From: a virus | Reading direction: 5' to 3' (one strand) | DNA length: 64,000 bases | Virus record (IMG/VR): IMGVR_UViG_3300005573_000006 | Span: 1 to 64,000 of that record | Shown: one piece after another, positions 1-9,357 of the stretch | Numbering within the stretch: the first letter of the stretch is position 1 | How the letters are laid out: each line of letters begins with the position of its first letter | Notes under the pieces: model-generated | Seen by the model: only the letters and a program-made list of their open reading frames with translations | Databases searched by the model: none | What the model was told of the DNA's origin: nothing | Made by a program: the position numbers and the translations under genes

Positions 1-2
1 GT

Positions 3-272
3 AAACGGCTCCTTTTTCAATGCGGAGATGACAAATGCCAGGGAATACTCGTTCCAATGTTTATTAGCCTGGAAGAGGGATATTCTTTAAGAATTGAGGG
101 GTATTGCTCCAAATGCGGTAATAGATTTTATGTAAGTTATCCACTGGAGAGGCTGATTACCTCTTGTCCGGGAAGTAGTACAACTCCGTTTAAGCCAATA
201 AGACCACCCTTGAAGTCAAAAGAGGACGATGATTTTTTGAAACAGATTGGTATTGACCCAAACGGTAAGTAG
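3..272 (+). CDS. Zn-ribbon hypothetical protein, 5'-truncated by the window edge
   Basis: Frame is open from base 3 (KRLLFQCGDDKCQGILVPM...), giving CxxxxC plus CSKC. Confidence 0.6.
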   Translation, partial: KRLLFQCGDDKCQGILVPMFISLEEGYSLRIEGYCSKCGNRFYVSYPLERLITSCPGSSTTPFKPIRPPLKSKEDDDFLKQIGIDPNGK

Positions 273-275
273 GAG

Positions 276-467
276 GTGGATATGAAAAACATTCTTGGAT
301 TTTGTGCTATTTGCCAGAAGCCGATTTATGAAGGAGAGAGTTTTGTTAACTTCAAAGTACCTGGTAAAAATGAATATCTTTTATTTCATTATCAACCTGA
401 TGATAATGGTGGAGGAAGAGATTGCTGGTCTAGGTTTATTCTATTCTTAACCCTGGATGGTCAATGA
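276..467 (+). CDS. small Zn-finger hypothetical protein
   Basis: CAIC...H...C; AGGAG immediately upstream. Confidence 0.55.
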   Translation: MDMKNILGFCAICQKPIYEGESFVNFKVPGKNEYLLFHYQPDDNGGGRDCWSRFILFLTLDGQ

Positions 468-533
468 GTTCTTCCTGGCTCTCTCTAAAAGAACCAGGTT
501 AATTTCAAGAATTAAATTAAAATAAAGAATAAT

Positions 534-1091
534 ATGAAAATCTCAGAAGCAAAAGAAAAATTAAAGGTTGGAGACTGGGTAAGGACAAATGGAAATGGTG
601 GTATGATAGATAGTTTTTTTGAAGGTGAAGTAGGTGAAATATGTGATGATAGATTTTATGTTTGGCAAAACGAGAGAGATGGGGGTGTTGGATCTATTCA
701 CCCATCTACAAGAGGTTATAAATTTTCCTGGTGTATATATTGGTCGAATCCAGGAGAAATAGAAATTTTAAGAAGACAAAATAATTCTGATATTGTAACA
801 GTCTATCATTATCCAGTAGATTCTAGTTATTTTTGGAAAGGGAATGTATATAGTCCATATACAAGTCAATATATTATTTTGCCAAAAACTACTATGCAAA
901 AATTAACTTCAACACTTAAAAGAATATTATCGCCAGAGCTTCAAAAGCTCTATAAGACTGGTCTAATTGATGGTAATCTTGAATTAACCGATGAAGGTAA
1001 AAACGAAATCTGGGCATTATTGCTTAAACAATTTGAGGCAGAGCTTGTAAAAGTAGCCGAAGAAAAACTCGCTGAAGAAGAGAAAAAATAA
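534..1091 (+). CDS. hypothetical protein (SH3/KOW-like N-terminus)
   Basis: 185 aa ORF, LKVGDWVR motif. Confidence 0.65.
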   Translation: MKISEAKEKLKVGDWVRTNGNGGMIDSFFEGEVGEICDDRFYVWQNERDGGVGSIHPSTRGYKFSWCIYWSNPGEIEILRRQNNSDIVTVYHYPVDSSYFWKGNVYSPYTSQYIILPKTTMQKLTSTLKRILSPELQKLYKTGLIDGNLELTDEGKNEIWALLLKQFEAELVKVAEEKLAEEEKK

Positions 1092-1092
1092 T

Positions 1093-1332
1093 ATGATTTG
1101 TGTTAAACTAGATTGGAAAACCAGAATAAAAAACGTTATTCTTATGACTCTTTATGCATACAGAATTCCCACAAAAGAGTCTGTTCGCCTGGCGGAGATT
1201 ACTTATCGCTATATAAGAGGGATTATAACAAAAGAAATTTTGGGAGAGCTGGAAAAGGAAATAAAAAATGGAAAAACTTGGTCGAGGAAAAAGTTATTGG
1301 CGTTGATAAAGAGAATTAAATCAGAACTTTAA
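1093..1332 (+). CDS. hypothetical protein
   Basis: Tightly packed with neighbouring ORFs. Confidence 0.55.
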   Translation: MICVKLDWKTRIKNVILMTLYAYRIPTKESVRLAEITYRYIRGIITKEILGELEKEIKNGKTWSRKKLLALIKRIKSEL

Positions 1333-1341
1333 ATTAAAACT

Positions 1342-1752
1342 ATGAAAAAAGAAAAGAAAATATATGAACCCGAACTTGGACAAGCGATATTCGGACAGTC
1401 TTATCAAAAATATCAAGCCAGCGAGTTATTGATTGCTGCTCTCAACGCAATTAGAGAAGAATTAGCAAGGGTTTATTGGAATAACAACCAAAAAGAAATC
1501 CGGGACCCATTTGATAATACGGGTGGAGAATATAAAAATGATGTCTTTGAGGTATATGCATATTCTTGGAATGATGACGAGGAACAACCCTATAATTTTA
1601 AGTGGAAAGATTTAGAGGTAAGCTGGTATAAGTATCTTGAGAGGGGAACATCAGTCAATAGGGAAATTACTCCCGACGAAATAAATCAGATGTTGGAAGA
1701 GTGTTTGGAGTCAATTAGAAAAGAAGAAAAAGATATAAATTTACCCTTTTAA
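1342..1752 (+). CDS. hypothetical phage protein
   Basis: 136 aa ORF preceded by TTAAATTAAAACT-ATG. Confidence 0.7.
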   Translation: MKKEKKIYEPELGQAIFGQSYQKYQASELLIAALNAIREELARVYWNNNQKEIRDPFDNTGGEYKNDVFEVYAYSWNDDEEQPYNFKWKDLEVSWYKYLERGTSVNREITPDEINQMLEECLESIRKEEKDINLPF

Positions 1753-1830
1753 TTAACTATTTCGTTGCTTTAGTATAAATACCCAGTCTTAGCGGCGAAA
1801 GTTCTTCAAAATCATTCATTAAATTAAGCC

Positions 1831-2010
1831 ATAAAAAAAGAAAAGAAAGTTATAAAAAATTCTTTTATAAGAAAAGACGGCAATCTTCCTGCAGGTATTT
1901 ATGTTTTTGAGGAACCAAATATTTGGTACCCTGCAATATATTTCAGAAAAGCTAAGGGAGTAGATGACAAGATTTATAAAGCTATTTTAGAATATATGTT
2001 TGGGAATTAA
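1831..2010 (+). CDS. small ORF with ATA (non-canonical or lost) start
   Basis: IKKEKKVIKNSFIRKDGNLPAGIYVFEEPNIWYPAIYFRK...MFGN*; preceded by TTAAATTAAGCC; N-terminus mirrors MKKEKK of the 1342 gene. Confidence 0.5.
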   Translation: MKKEKKVIKNSFIRKDGNLPAGIYVFEEPNIWYPAIYFRKAKGVDDKIYKAILEYMFGN

Positions 2011-2019
2011 ATTAAAACT

Positions 2020-2268
2020 ATGAAACTCTTAGTAGACGAAATCAATAGAAAGGCAATACTAGAATTTAATCGTGAGGATTTTTTTCTTGTAAAATCAGAT
2101 GATGAAACGAAGGGCGAATATGCTTTGGCGTGGAGAATAGATAGGAGCTATAAAGGTAAAGAACCAGACGTCGGAGTACCTGTAATTTATCTCTCGGAGC
2201 CAGAGGCCAAAAAATTAAGGTCAATTTTAGATGGAGTTGATTTACCCGATGAATTTTATAAAGATTAA
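2020..2268 (+). CDS. hypothetical protein
   Basis: ORF with the shared AATTAAAACT-ATG leader. Confidence 0.65.
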   Translation: MKLLVDEINRKAILEFNREDFFLVKSDDETKGEYALAWRIDRSYKGKEPDVGVPVIYLSEPEAKKLRSILDGVDLPDEFYKD

Positions 2269-2287
2269 AATAAATTAAATTAAAACT

Positions 2288-2590
2288 ATGAAAAAATATA
2301 TAAAACAATTAAAAGAAAAAATGATTAAGGAATTTCCATTTACGATTGAAGATGGTATTTTGAATGTGTGGGAGCGAGTTCCCCCAGATGGAGATTGGGA
2401 TAGTAGAATTGCCACGATAGACGATTTAAAGAAATACTTCTTTTCTAAGCTTACCGAACTTGAATGTGTGATAAAGAAAGAATATAAAAAAGCAGCGGAA
2501 AGTGCCTATATAGAGAATTGTCGTGAATATAGCGATGGATATTTAACAGGGGAGGATGTATTAGAAAGACTTGCCAGAATTAATGATTAA
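2288..2590 (+). CDS. hypothetical protein
   Basis: ORF with the shared leader. Confidence 0.65.
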   Translation: MKKYIKQLKEKMIKEFPFTIEDGILNVWERVPPDGDWDSRIATIDDLKKYFFSKLTELECVIKKEYKKAAESAYIENCREYSDGYLTGEDVLERLARIND

Positions 2591-2594
2591 AGCT

Positions 2595-2786
2595 ATGAAA
2601 AATAGAATAAAAGCAATTAATCTACTTTTGGCGTATATTAGGCATTCTATTTCTAAATCCCATCGCCATTCTGAAATAGACCCCGATTGTCCAGAATGTA
2701 AAATGCGGATATTAGAAGGATATTTGGAGTGGTATAAAGACCTTTTAGAGTGGGATAAAAAATTAAAAAATGAAAAAGATCGTTAG
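2595..2786 (+). CDS. small His/Cys-containing hypothetical protein
   Basis: ATTAAAGCT-ATG start; HRH...CPEC. Confidence 0.55.
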   Translation: MKNRIKAINLLLAYIRHSISKSHRHSEIDPDCPECKMRILEGYLEWYKDLLEWDKKLKNEKDR

Positions 2787-2805
2787 AAATTAATTAAGAT
2801 AAAAG

Positions 2806-2982
2806 ATGAAAAAGGAAAAAACTAAATGTAGATATTGTGGGAAAAGTGGAAAGTTAAAATATTACATTATTGCCGATGATTTAGAGAAACCAAAACCATA
2901 CCACCCGAAATGTTATAAAAAATGGAAATTAGAAACCTTATTTATATTATTATTTGGAATTAATGATAAAAAATTAAATTAA
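2806..2982 (+). CDS. small Zn-finger protein (not in ORF track)
   Basis: MKKEKTKCRYCGKSGK...YHPKCYKKW. Confidence 0.55.
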   Translation: MKKEKTKCRYCGKSGKLKYYIIADDLEKPKPYHPKCYKKWKLETLFILLFGINDKKLN

Positions 2983-2995
2983 ACTATCATTTATA

Positions 2996-3916
2996 ATGAA
3001 TAAACTTGAGCAATTTATAGAAAAACTTAAAAAAGATACGGATTTTACTGGACTTATAAACACATTAGATCAAATTGAAAAACCAGAAATAATTCCGTTT
3101 AATATTCCTTCTCTTGACAAAATTTTAGGAATAGGAGGTATACCAAGAGGAATGTTAACGGAGATTTATGGGAATGAAAGTACATGTAAAAGTTCAATAT
3201 GTTTAAGACTAGTTGGACAAGCACAAAAAATGGGTGTAAAATGTGGATATTTAGATGCAGAAATGGCCCTCGGACAAGGATTTGCCGAAACAATGGGTGT
3301 AGATAATAAAAATTTAATTGTTGCAAGACCCCTTAATGGCGAAGAAGCATTTGAACTTATTGAGGCAATGTCAGAATCTGGACATGGATTAATTATTGTA
3401 GATAGCGTTAGTAGTCTTACGCCAGAAGATGAACTTGAGGCGGATTTTGATCAGCAAAGTATGGCACTTCAAGCTCGTCTTATGAGTAAGGGCATGAGAA
3501 AGATAGTTGGTTGTATAAACAGGAATAATACCGCTGTGGTTTTTATAAATCAAGTTAGAGATGATATCGGAAAGGTTGGGTTTGGAGAAAAAACAACCAC
3601 AAGTGGAGGAAGAGCATTGAAATTTTATGCGGCATTAAGAATAAAAATGACAAGAACTGGATGGATAAAAGAAGGAGAAGAAAAAATTGGTATGTCTTTA
3701 AAGGTCGTTACGGCCAAGAACAAATTAGCTACTCCTCAACGAGAAACTAATATAGACTTCTATTTTTCTACAGGTTTTGATATAGATTCAGATAAACTGA
3801 ATGTAATGTTAGAAGAAAAACAGATCGAGCTTATTGGTAGAACCTATTTTACAAACAATGGAGAAAAAATAGGAGATAAACAAAAGGTATTAGAATATAT
3901 TAAAAATAACAAGTAA
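2996..3916 (+). CDS. recA: RecA-family recombinase
   Basis: LDKILGIGGIPRG, Walker A GNESTCKS, YLDAE, IIVDSV, QARLMSKGMRK, FINQVR, TSGGRALKFYA, KNK. Confidence 0.95.
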   Translation: MNKLEQFIEKLKKDTDFTGLINTLDQIEKPEIIPFNIPSLDKILGIGGIPRGMLTEIYGNESTCKSSICLRLVGQAQKMGVKCGYLDAEMALGQGFAETMGVDNKNLIVARPLNGEEAFELIEAMSESGHGLIIVDSVSSLTPEDELEADFDQQSMALQARLMSKGMRKIVGCINRNNTAVVFINQVRDDIGKVGFGEKTTTSGGRALKFYAALRIKMTRTGWIKEGEEKIGMSLKVVTAKNKLATPQRETNIDFYFSTGFDIDSDKLNVMLEEKQIELIGRTYFTNNGEKIGDKQKVLEYIKNNK

Positions 3917-3933
3917 TATTATTAAAAAATTAC

Positions 3934-3984
3934 TGTGGACAACTACCTATTGCAATTTTTCTGATAATATGCTAAGATAAATAT
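3934..3984 (+). promoter_or_regulatory. sigma70 promoter with extended -10 and upstream DnaA-box-like site; leaderless transcript
   Basis: TGTGGACAA (3934-42), TTGCAA (3950-55), 17 nt, TGC-TAAGAT (3973-78), 6 nt, ATG 3985. Confidence 0.75.
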
Positions 3985-4404
3985 ATGGAGAAAAAAGATA
4001 TTATAAGATTTAATGAAGGTGAATCGGTTCGGGTTGTATTAGATACCGAGCCGTCAAAAGCAAAATCTTATACAAACAAAAGTCAATATGGTACAAAAAC
4101 AAGTTATGCCATATTTTGCGATAATAATCGGCTTATTTTTGCAACAGAAAAACTTTATGAAAAGCTACTGGAGTTTCATAAAGGAGACACGGTTACAATA
4201 ACTTTTAGTGAAAAAAGGTGGTTGGTTCAAGGGGCAGACGGTAAGGTTGTATCCCCATTGAAACAACGTTTAGAAACAGAACAAATGGCGCTATTAACAC
4301 AAATAGCCGCCGATATTAAAGAAATAAAAAATACACTTTATGAACAAAAAACAGAAAATAAAAAATACCCCTCAGACGAAGATATTGACAAAATTGATTT
4401 CTAA
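3985..4404 (+). CDS. putative single-stranded DNA-binding protein
   Basis: Beta-rich OB-like N-domain and acidic tail ending DEDIDKIDF; lies next to recA. Confidence 0.5.
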   Translation: MEKKDIIRFNEGESVRVVLDTEPSKAKSYTNKSQYGTKTSYAIFCDNNRLIFATEKLYEKLLEFHKGDTVTITFSEKRWLVQGADGKVVSPLKQRLETEQMALLTQIAADIKEIKNTLYEQKTENKKYPSDEDIDKIDF

Positions 4405-4681
4405 TAATTTAGAAACAGAAGTTAATACCATTGCACGAGAAATAAACGCATTAGTTGATAAATATGCAAGTGAAAAAAATATATCTATTTTAGGTGAACC
4501 TTCTGGAAAGGATCAGGGATTTTATCTTTTATTTATAAAAAGAGATGAAAAACTGGGAGAAAATAGATTAGAAATAACTACTTTTGGAAAGTATATGAGC
4601 GGAATAGATATAACTAATGCTATGGAAAGTGCACTAAGTCAGCTTATACCACTCGAAGAAAAACAAGAAAACTTAGCATGA
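4340..4681 (+). CDS. hypothetical protein
   Basis: ORF; stop overlaps the next start (ATGA). Confidence 0.55.
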   Translation: MNKKQKIKNTPQTKILTKLISNNLETEVNTIAREINALVDKYASEKNISILGEPSGKDQGFYLLFIKRDEKLGENRLEITTFGKYMSGIDITNAMESALSQLIPLEEKQENLA

Positions 4682-5154
4682 GAATATGCTCACGATGCGG
4701 AAAAGAATATTTTGATAATAAAGAATCTGGACTTTGTCCGGATTGTAGAAGTTTAATAGGTCGCCGTGCAAAAAGAAAAGGCTATACAGATGAAAAACGA
4801 TTTGAAAAATGGATGCAAAACCAAATTAATAAATATGATTTACCATATCAAATACACAGATCGCCTTCTTCTGGCGCAATTCACAATTTTAACTCATCGG
4901 ATTTTTTCTTTTCACATTTGCCATCTTATAGCTGGTTTAACAAATTACACATAGAAAAAAAAGATAGGGCAAATTGGGATATAATTAAATGGATTAAAGA
5001 AGCAGAAGAAAAAGAATTAGAAATGGGAACATTTAAAAAACCGATAATTATTGTTAAAAAACCGAATAATGAAGACGATTATGTAATTATGAAAAAAGAA
5101 TTATTTGCCGAATTAATTCTTTCTCTTGATAAATTATTAGAAAAAAATGAATAA
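4678..5154 (+). CDS. Holliday-junction resolvase-like PD-(D/E)XK nuclease with N-terminal Zn finger
   Basis: CSRC..CPDC, AKRKGYTDEKR, RSPSSGA, SD...IEKK, PIIIVK. Confidence 0.7.
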   Translation: MRICSRCGKEYFDNKESGLCPDCRSLIGRRAKRKGYTDEKRFEKWMQNQINKYDLPYQIHRSPSSGAIHNFNSSDFFFSHLPSYSWFNKLHIEKKDRANWDIIKWIKEAEEKELEMGTFKKPIIIVKKPNNEDDYVIMKKELFAELILSLDKLLEKNE

Positions 5155-5911
5155 AGAAAAAATTTTATTTATAGATATAGAAACATTTGCCAATGAAGGA
5201 TATTTTTGGAATAGAATATGGAAAACTAATATAATTGAAATAATAGATTATATGAACATTATTTCTTTCTCTGCTAAATGGTTAGGCGGCAAACATATTA
5301 CAAAGGCACTTTGCGATTATCCGGGTTATAGACCAAAAAATAGAAATGATAAAAAAATAGTAAAAGATATTTATGAACTTGTTAGTAATGCAGATATTGT
5401 AATTGGGCAAAATTTAAAAAAATACGATCTTCGAGTGTTAAATTCAAGATTTCTATATTACGGACTAACGCCACCAACAACATATAAAGTTGTAGATACA
5501 AAAACTGAAGCCAAAAAGATTTTAAATTTACCAAGTTATTCTTTAAATGATATAGCTGATTATTTTGGTTTTGGACATAAACTTGAACATGAAGGTTGGA
5601 GGTTATGGAAAAAATGTTATAATGGTGATAAATCCGCATGGACAAAAATGAAGGCTTATAACCGTATGGATGTAATTCTTTTAGAAAAACTATATCTGAA
5701 ACTTCGCCCATACATTCATAATCACCCAACGCTTGGTATGTTTAGAAATAGCGGTGAAGTATGTCCAAATTGTGGATCAAATAAGTTACAATCTAGAGGA
5801 TTTGTGGTAACCAAGACATCTAAATATAGAAGGTTTGTATGTACTTCGTGCGGTTCATGGGGCAGATCAGTATATAATATACAGGAAAATAAACCGATAG
5901 TTTCGTTATAA
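5147..5911 (+). CDS. DEDD/RNase H-like 3'-5' exonuclease with C-terminal Zn ribbon
   Basis: LFIDIET, GQNLKKYD, VDT, YSLN, YNRMDV, CPNC..CTSC. Confidence 0.85.
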   Translation: MNKEKILFIDIETFANEGYFWNRIWKTNIIEIIDYMNIISFSAKWLGGKHITKALCDYPGYRPKNRNDKKIVKDIYELVSNADIVIGQNLKKYDLRVLNSRFLYYGLTPPTTYKVVDTKTEAKKILNLPSYSLNDIADYFGFGHKLEHEGWRLWKKCYNGDKSAWTKMKAYNRMDVILLEKLYLKLRPYIHNHPTLGMFRNSGEVCPNCGSNKLQSRGFVVTKTSKYRRFVCTSCGSWGRSVYNIQENKPIVSL

Positions 5912-6324
5912 TGGATAAAAAACAATATTTTAAAGAATTAAAAAATAAAATATTAGAAAGCGTAGAATTGGTTTATTCTAAGAATATAGACAGTAAAATT
6001 ACTGGATTAAAAAATTTAGAAATGTTTATTTCTGCATTGAAAAGAGAATTGATATCTAAAATTGGTGAAGATAAATATAATAATAAAAAGACCATAACAA
6101 CTTCCGATATTCAGAAAATAAAAAAGTTTGGAGAAGATAATGGATGGCCGGGAATGGTTTTAAAAAGAGAAAGTAGAATAACCAAATATTTGGGTGCTGG
6201 TGAAGATAAATGGAACGAAATATTAAGTTTAGCAACATTAAAGAATCCGTATAATGAAAATATTTTAGATCTTATACGGGCGGTTGAAGAAAATGACAAA
6301 TATGAGCCTGGAATGGACAGATAA
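5911..6324 (+). CDS. hypothetical protein
   Basis: ORF coupled to the upstream stop. Confidence 0.55.
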   Translation: MDKKQYFKELKNKILESVELVYSKNIDSKITGLKNLEMFISALKRELISKIGEDKYNNKKTITTSDIQKIKKFGEDNGWPGMVLKRESRITKYLGAGEDKWNEILSLATLKNPYNENILDLIRAVEENDKYEPGMDR

Positions 6325-6691
6325 AGACGAAATTGAATATCAAGGATGTATACGCTTGATTGAGGGTATTATTTTACGCGTATTAGATGATATAAGTATA
6401 TCTGGAAAATGGTATAATAGAGATCTTAGTTTAAATATACTTAAAAAAAAACGAACAATATTAAGACAGATGTTAAAATGGTTTAGACACCAAAACTGGG
6501 ATATACTATTAGATATTTATTGTAATTATATTGGAATTAATAAAAAAAATATTAAAAAAAAATTTGAACGCATTAGAAAAGAAAGTGTCCGTTACACAAA
6601 TATCAGGATTAAGGAGAAGAATAAAAATACCACCAGAACGGATAGAAATACCGTTAAAGTTAAATTCACGAAAACAGAGGAGAATATCTAA
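6302..6691 (+). CDS. basic hypothetical protein
   Basis: ORF within the operon. Confidence 0.5.
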   Translation: MSLEWTDKDEIEYQGCIRLIEGIILRVLDDISISGKWYNRDLSLNILKKKRTILRQMLKWFRHQNWDILLDIYCNYIGINKKNIKKKFERIRKESVRYTNIRIKEKNKNTTRTDRNTVKVKFTKTEENI

Positions 6692-6708
6692 GCGAGAACT
6701 AAAAAAAT

Positions 6709-7035
6709 ATGAATAATCCGCTTAAAAATCTATTTAGAAACAACAATACCAAAGAGAAAGAAGCAATGGATCGTTTGTTGCGTTGTGCCGAAGGTAGAGC
6801 ACAATTTATGGCATCTTTATCGTGCATGTTTCCCAAAAATAAAAAGACGCTTTTTGATTTATCCATAGATATAAATCAAAGAATGGCAATAGATATGTGG
6901 GAAAAATCAATGTTAAAGGGTCAACTAAACGAAATAGAAAATATATTAAAAAGTAGAAAACAATTAAAAACTAAAGTTGATTTAATTAAAGATATTATTA
7001 ATCCACCGCCAAAAAAAGAAGAATATTATGAATAA
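6709..7035 (+). CDS. hypothetical protein
   Basis: ORF within the operon. Confidence 0.55.
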   Translation: MNNPLKNLFRNNNTKEKEAMDRLLRCAEGRAQFMASLSCMFPKNKKTLFDLSIDINQRMAIDMWEKSMLKGQLNEIENILKSRKQLKTKVDLIKDIINPPPKKEEYYE

Positions 7036-7837
7036 ACTACAATTAAAAAATATACCTGTCAAGTTTGATGAGGAAGGACATGTATATACAAATACAGAAA
7101 CTGGCGAACTATTAACTGGTGTTACTACGATCTTAGAAGCGAAAAGCCGTGACTTTCTTCACTTTTGGACCGTAAAAGAAGCGGTACGATTTCTTGGATG
7201 GTTTGATCCGGAAGAAACTGATCCAAAAGAAGGCGTTAAAATACTAAAACAAAAGTTTGCTAAACTAAAAAAACTGACACCAAAAGAATATTATAAAATA
7301 CTAGATGAAGCCAGGCTTGCATGGTCAAAAAAGTCCAAAAATGCATTAAACAAAGGAACTATTATACATAATTGGTTAAAAGAATATATTGCTGGCAATA
7401 ATCCAAAAATACCAGAAGACAAAGAAGTATTATCAAGCATTAACGCTTTTCTTAACTTTGAAAAACAACATCATGTTGAGTGGTTGGCATCAGAACTTAT
7501 GGTAGCCAGTCTAACACATAAATTTGCAGGAACTTTAGATTTTATAGCAAAAATAGACGGTATATTGACACTCGGAGACTTTAAAACAAGTAATCAAATG
7601 TCAGAAGATTATGATTTACAATTGGCTGGATATATGATAGCTTTAAAAGAAATGTTAAAAGAAGGAGAAGGGGTTCCGTCACAAAGAATGATAATTAGAA
7701 TATCAAAAAATGGTGGTGATTTTGAAATCCATATTTGCGACCCATCTTTATTACAATTTGATTGTGAAACATTTCTACATTTAAGACAAATACATAAATG
7801 GATGGTTTATCATGAAAACAGAAAAAATAATATATAA
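7028..7837 (+). CDS. PD-(D/E)XK exonuclease (RecB/Cas4-like phage exonuclease)
   Basis: FDEEGHVY, GVTTIL, GTIIH, FAGTLD, DFKTS, LQLAGY. Confidence 0.85.
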   Translation: MNKLQLKNIPVKFDEEGHVYTNTETGELLTGVTTILEAKSRDFLHFWTVKEAVRFLGWFDPEETDPKEGVKILKQKFAKLKKLTPKEYYKILDEARLAWSKKSKNALNKGTIIHNWLKEYIAGNNPKIPEDKEVLSSINAFLNFEKQHHVEWLASELMVASLTHKFAGTLDFIAKIDGILTLGDFKTSNQMSEDYDLQLAGYMIALKEMLKEGEGVPSQRMIIRISKNGGDFEIHICDPSLLQFDCETFLHLRQIHKWMVYHENRKNNI

Positions 7838-8051
7838 TGTTTACCAAAACAATCGGATTGATAGTTTTCTAAATATAGAAGATATGGAATTGTTTGTAAT
7901 TAATGCCATAAATAATGGAATAAAAATTACTGCGATAGGAGGAATGTCTGAACTGAATAAAAGATTTGCGTTTCATTATAAAGTTGAACCCGGTAGAAGT
8001 ATTTACCGAATTTTATCTATGTTAATTGATGAAGGTGTAAATCCATACTAG
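7812..8051 (+). CDS. hypothetical protein
   Basis: ORF at the operon end. Confidence 0.5.
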   Translation: MKTEKIIYNVYQNNRIDSFLNIEDMELFVINAINNGIKITAIGGMSELNKRFAFHYKVEPGRSIYRILSMLIDEGVNPY

Positions 8052-8056
8052 CCCAC

Positions 8057-8085
8057 TTGATTTTTTTTTATTTTTATGCTAAACT
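8057..8085 (+). promoter_or_regulatory. sigma70 promoter for the CHAP gene
   Basis: TTGATT, 17 nt, TGC-TAAACT. Confidence 0.65.
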
Positions 8086-8166
8086 TATATTAACAATTAA
8101 ATAGGGTATAATCGCTTGTTTTGAATAAAAGTGCCCATATTCTTATGCGAAAAACAAGCATAAAAC

Positions 8167-8679
8167 ATTAAGACAATAGGTAAAATATTAGTTTCTATAC
8201 TACTATTTTCTATAACATTTACGGCAAGAGCATATTGGTTAGATGACTTCTGGAATATGTATTTAGCACCAAAACCAAGTAATCTAACAATAATACAACA
8301 AAATAGTGTAGTAGCGACTAATCAAATAACAATATCTAAGTATGCTAATTATCCAACAACAACACAAAGAAAAATATTGCCAACAGACTGGAACCCATTG
8401 TCTGCTGGTCAATGTGTTGGATTCGTAAAATATCTGACAGGAGTAGATTATTCTGGTAATGCTATTTCTTGGCAAAAATACATTAATACACAAATACCAG
8501 AAATAGATTCAATAGTTGTTATAAATGCAGGTAAATCTGGACATGTAGGAATTGTTATAGATAAAGATGAAAATACAATAACAGTTTTGTCAAGAAACTG
8601 GAATGGTTTATGGGTTATTAGTAAAGATAAATTTAATATAAATGATAATAGGATTCTAGGATTTATAACCTATAAATGA
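8167..8679 (+). CDS. secreted CHAP-domain peptidoglycan hydrolase (probable ATT start; first ATG at 8257)
   Basis: GQCVGFVK, GNAISW, GHVGIV, RNW; in-frame upstream extension IKTIGKILVSILLFSITFTARA resembles a Sec signal peptide. Confidence 0.75.
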   Translation: MKTIGKILVSILLFSITFTARAYWLDDFWNMYLAPKPSNLTIIQQNSVVATNQITISKYANYPTTTQRKILPTDWNPLSAGQCVGFVKYLTGVDYSGNAISWQKYINTQIPEIDSIVVINAGKSGHVGIVIDKDENTITVLSRNWNGLWVISKDKFNINDNRILGFITYK

Positions 8680-8792
8680 TGTCTACTGAGATATTCGAAC
8701 AAAACGGTATCTTGGTAAATAATCAGTAAATTGTGTGTCTCGATAAGAAATTATAAATAGATTAAATATCAAAAGATCGTATAGACACATAA

Positions 8793-8822
8793 CTAAAACA
8801 CGATATTTCTATCGTGTTTTAG
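8793..8822. terminator. bidirectional hairpin terminator at the convergence of the two arms
   Basis: Perfect 13-bp inverted repeat CTAAAACACGATA-TTTC-TATCGTGTTTTAG. Confidence 0.75.
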
Positions 8823-8838
8823 ATTGGCCAACCTAAAC

Positions 8839-9081
8839 TTATTTGCCCAAAGACGCTTTTGTTCCACTATAAAGTCCACAACTTGTTAATCCAACAACAA
8901 GTCCAAATAGAACATTTGATAGCGTTACTCCAAGTCCAACAATGGACAAACCAATACCTATACCAACGGAAAGTAGCGGAATAAATCTTTTAGAAATACC
9001 TACGGCTCTTTTTAATGCTTCTACCAATCCGCCGGTTAAAGCAACTCCCAAAACTGTATCAAAAATGATTTTCTCATTCAT
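8839..9081 (-). CDS. holin
   Basis: 80 aa, 2-3 hydrophobic helices, GLVEALK, KRFIPLLSV, GLTSCGLYSGTK. Confidence 0.8.
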   Translation of the reverse strand: MNEKIIFDTVLGVALTGGLVEALKRAVGISKRFIPLLSVGIGIGLSIVGLGVTLSNVLFGLVVGLTSCGLYSGTKASLGK

Positions 9082-9082
9082 A

Positions 9083-9271
9083 TTAGAATTTTGACAAAGT
9101 TTTTGCTAATGCTGCCATTTTTCGGATCTTGGGATTCTTGCTTTTTTGGGCTTGCATTAGTTTTACGGCAGGAATTTTTTCGCCCAACGGTACACCAAGT
9201 GCACGATGGAGTTTCCCTTTAGATGAAGGGTTTAATGCCTTCTGGATCCACTTTTTATTTTTATTTGCCAT
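9083..9271 (-). CDS. small basic phage protein
   Basis: KWIQKAL..KGKLHRALGVP.GEKIP..KL..A...ALAKTL. Confidence 0.7.
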   Translation of the reverse strand: MANKNKKWIQKALNPSSKGKLHRALGVPLGEKIPAVKLMQAQKSKNPKIRKMAALAKTLSKF

Positions 9272-9357
9272 ATTTTTATACTTATTTATCTATTTATTCG
9301 ACCCGGCTCAGTGCCGCATATATTTATATAATAACATATTTTTAGAGTAAAATCAAC

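Noticed and set aside
7028-7837. Cas4 as part of a CRISPR system
   Set aside because: No Fe-S cysteine cluster and no other cas genes; it is a generic phage exonuclease.
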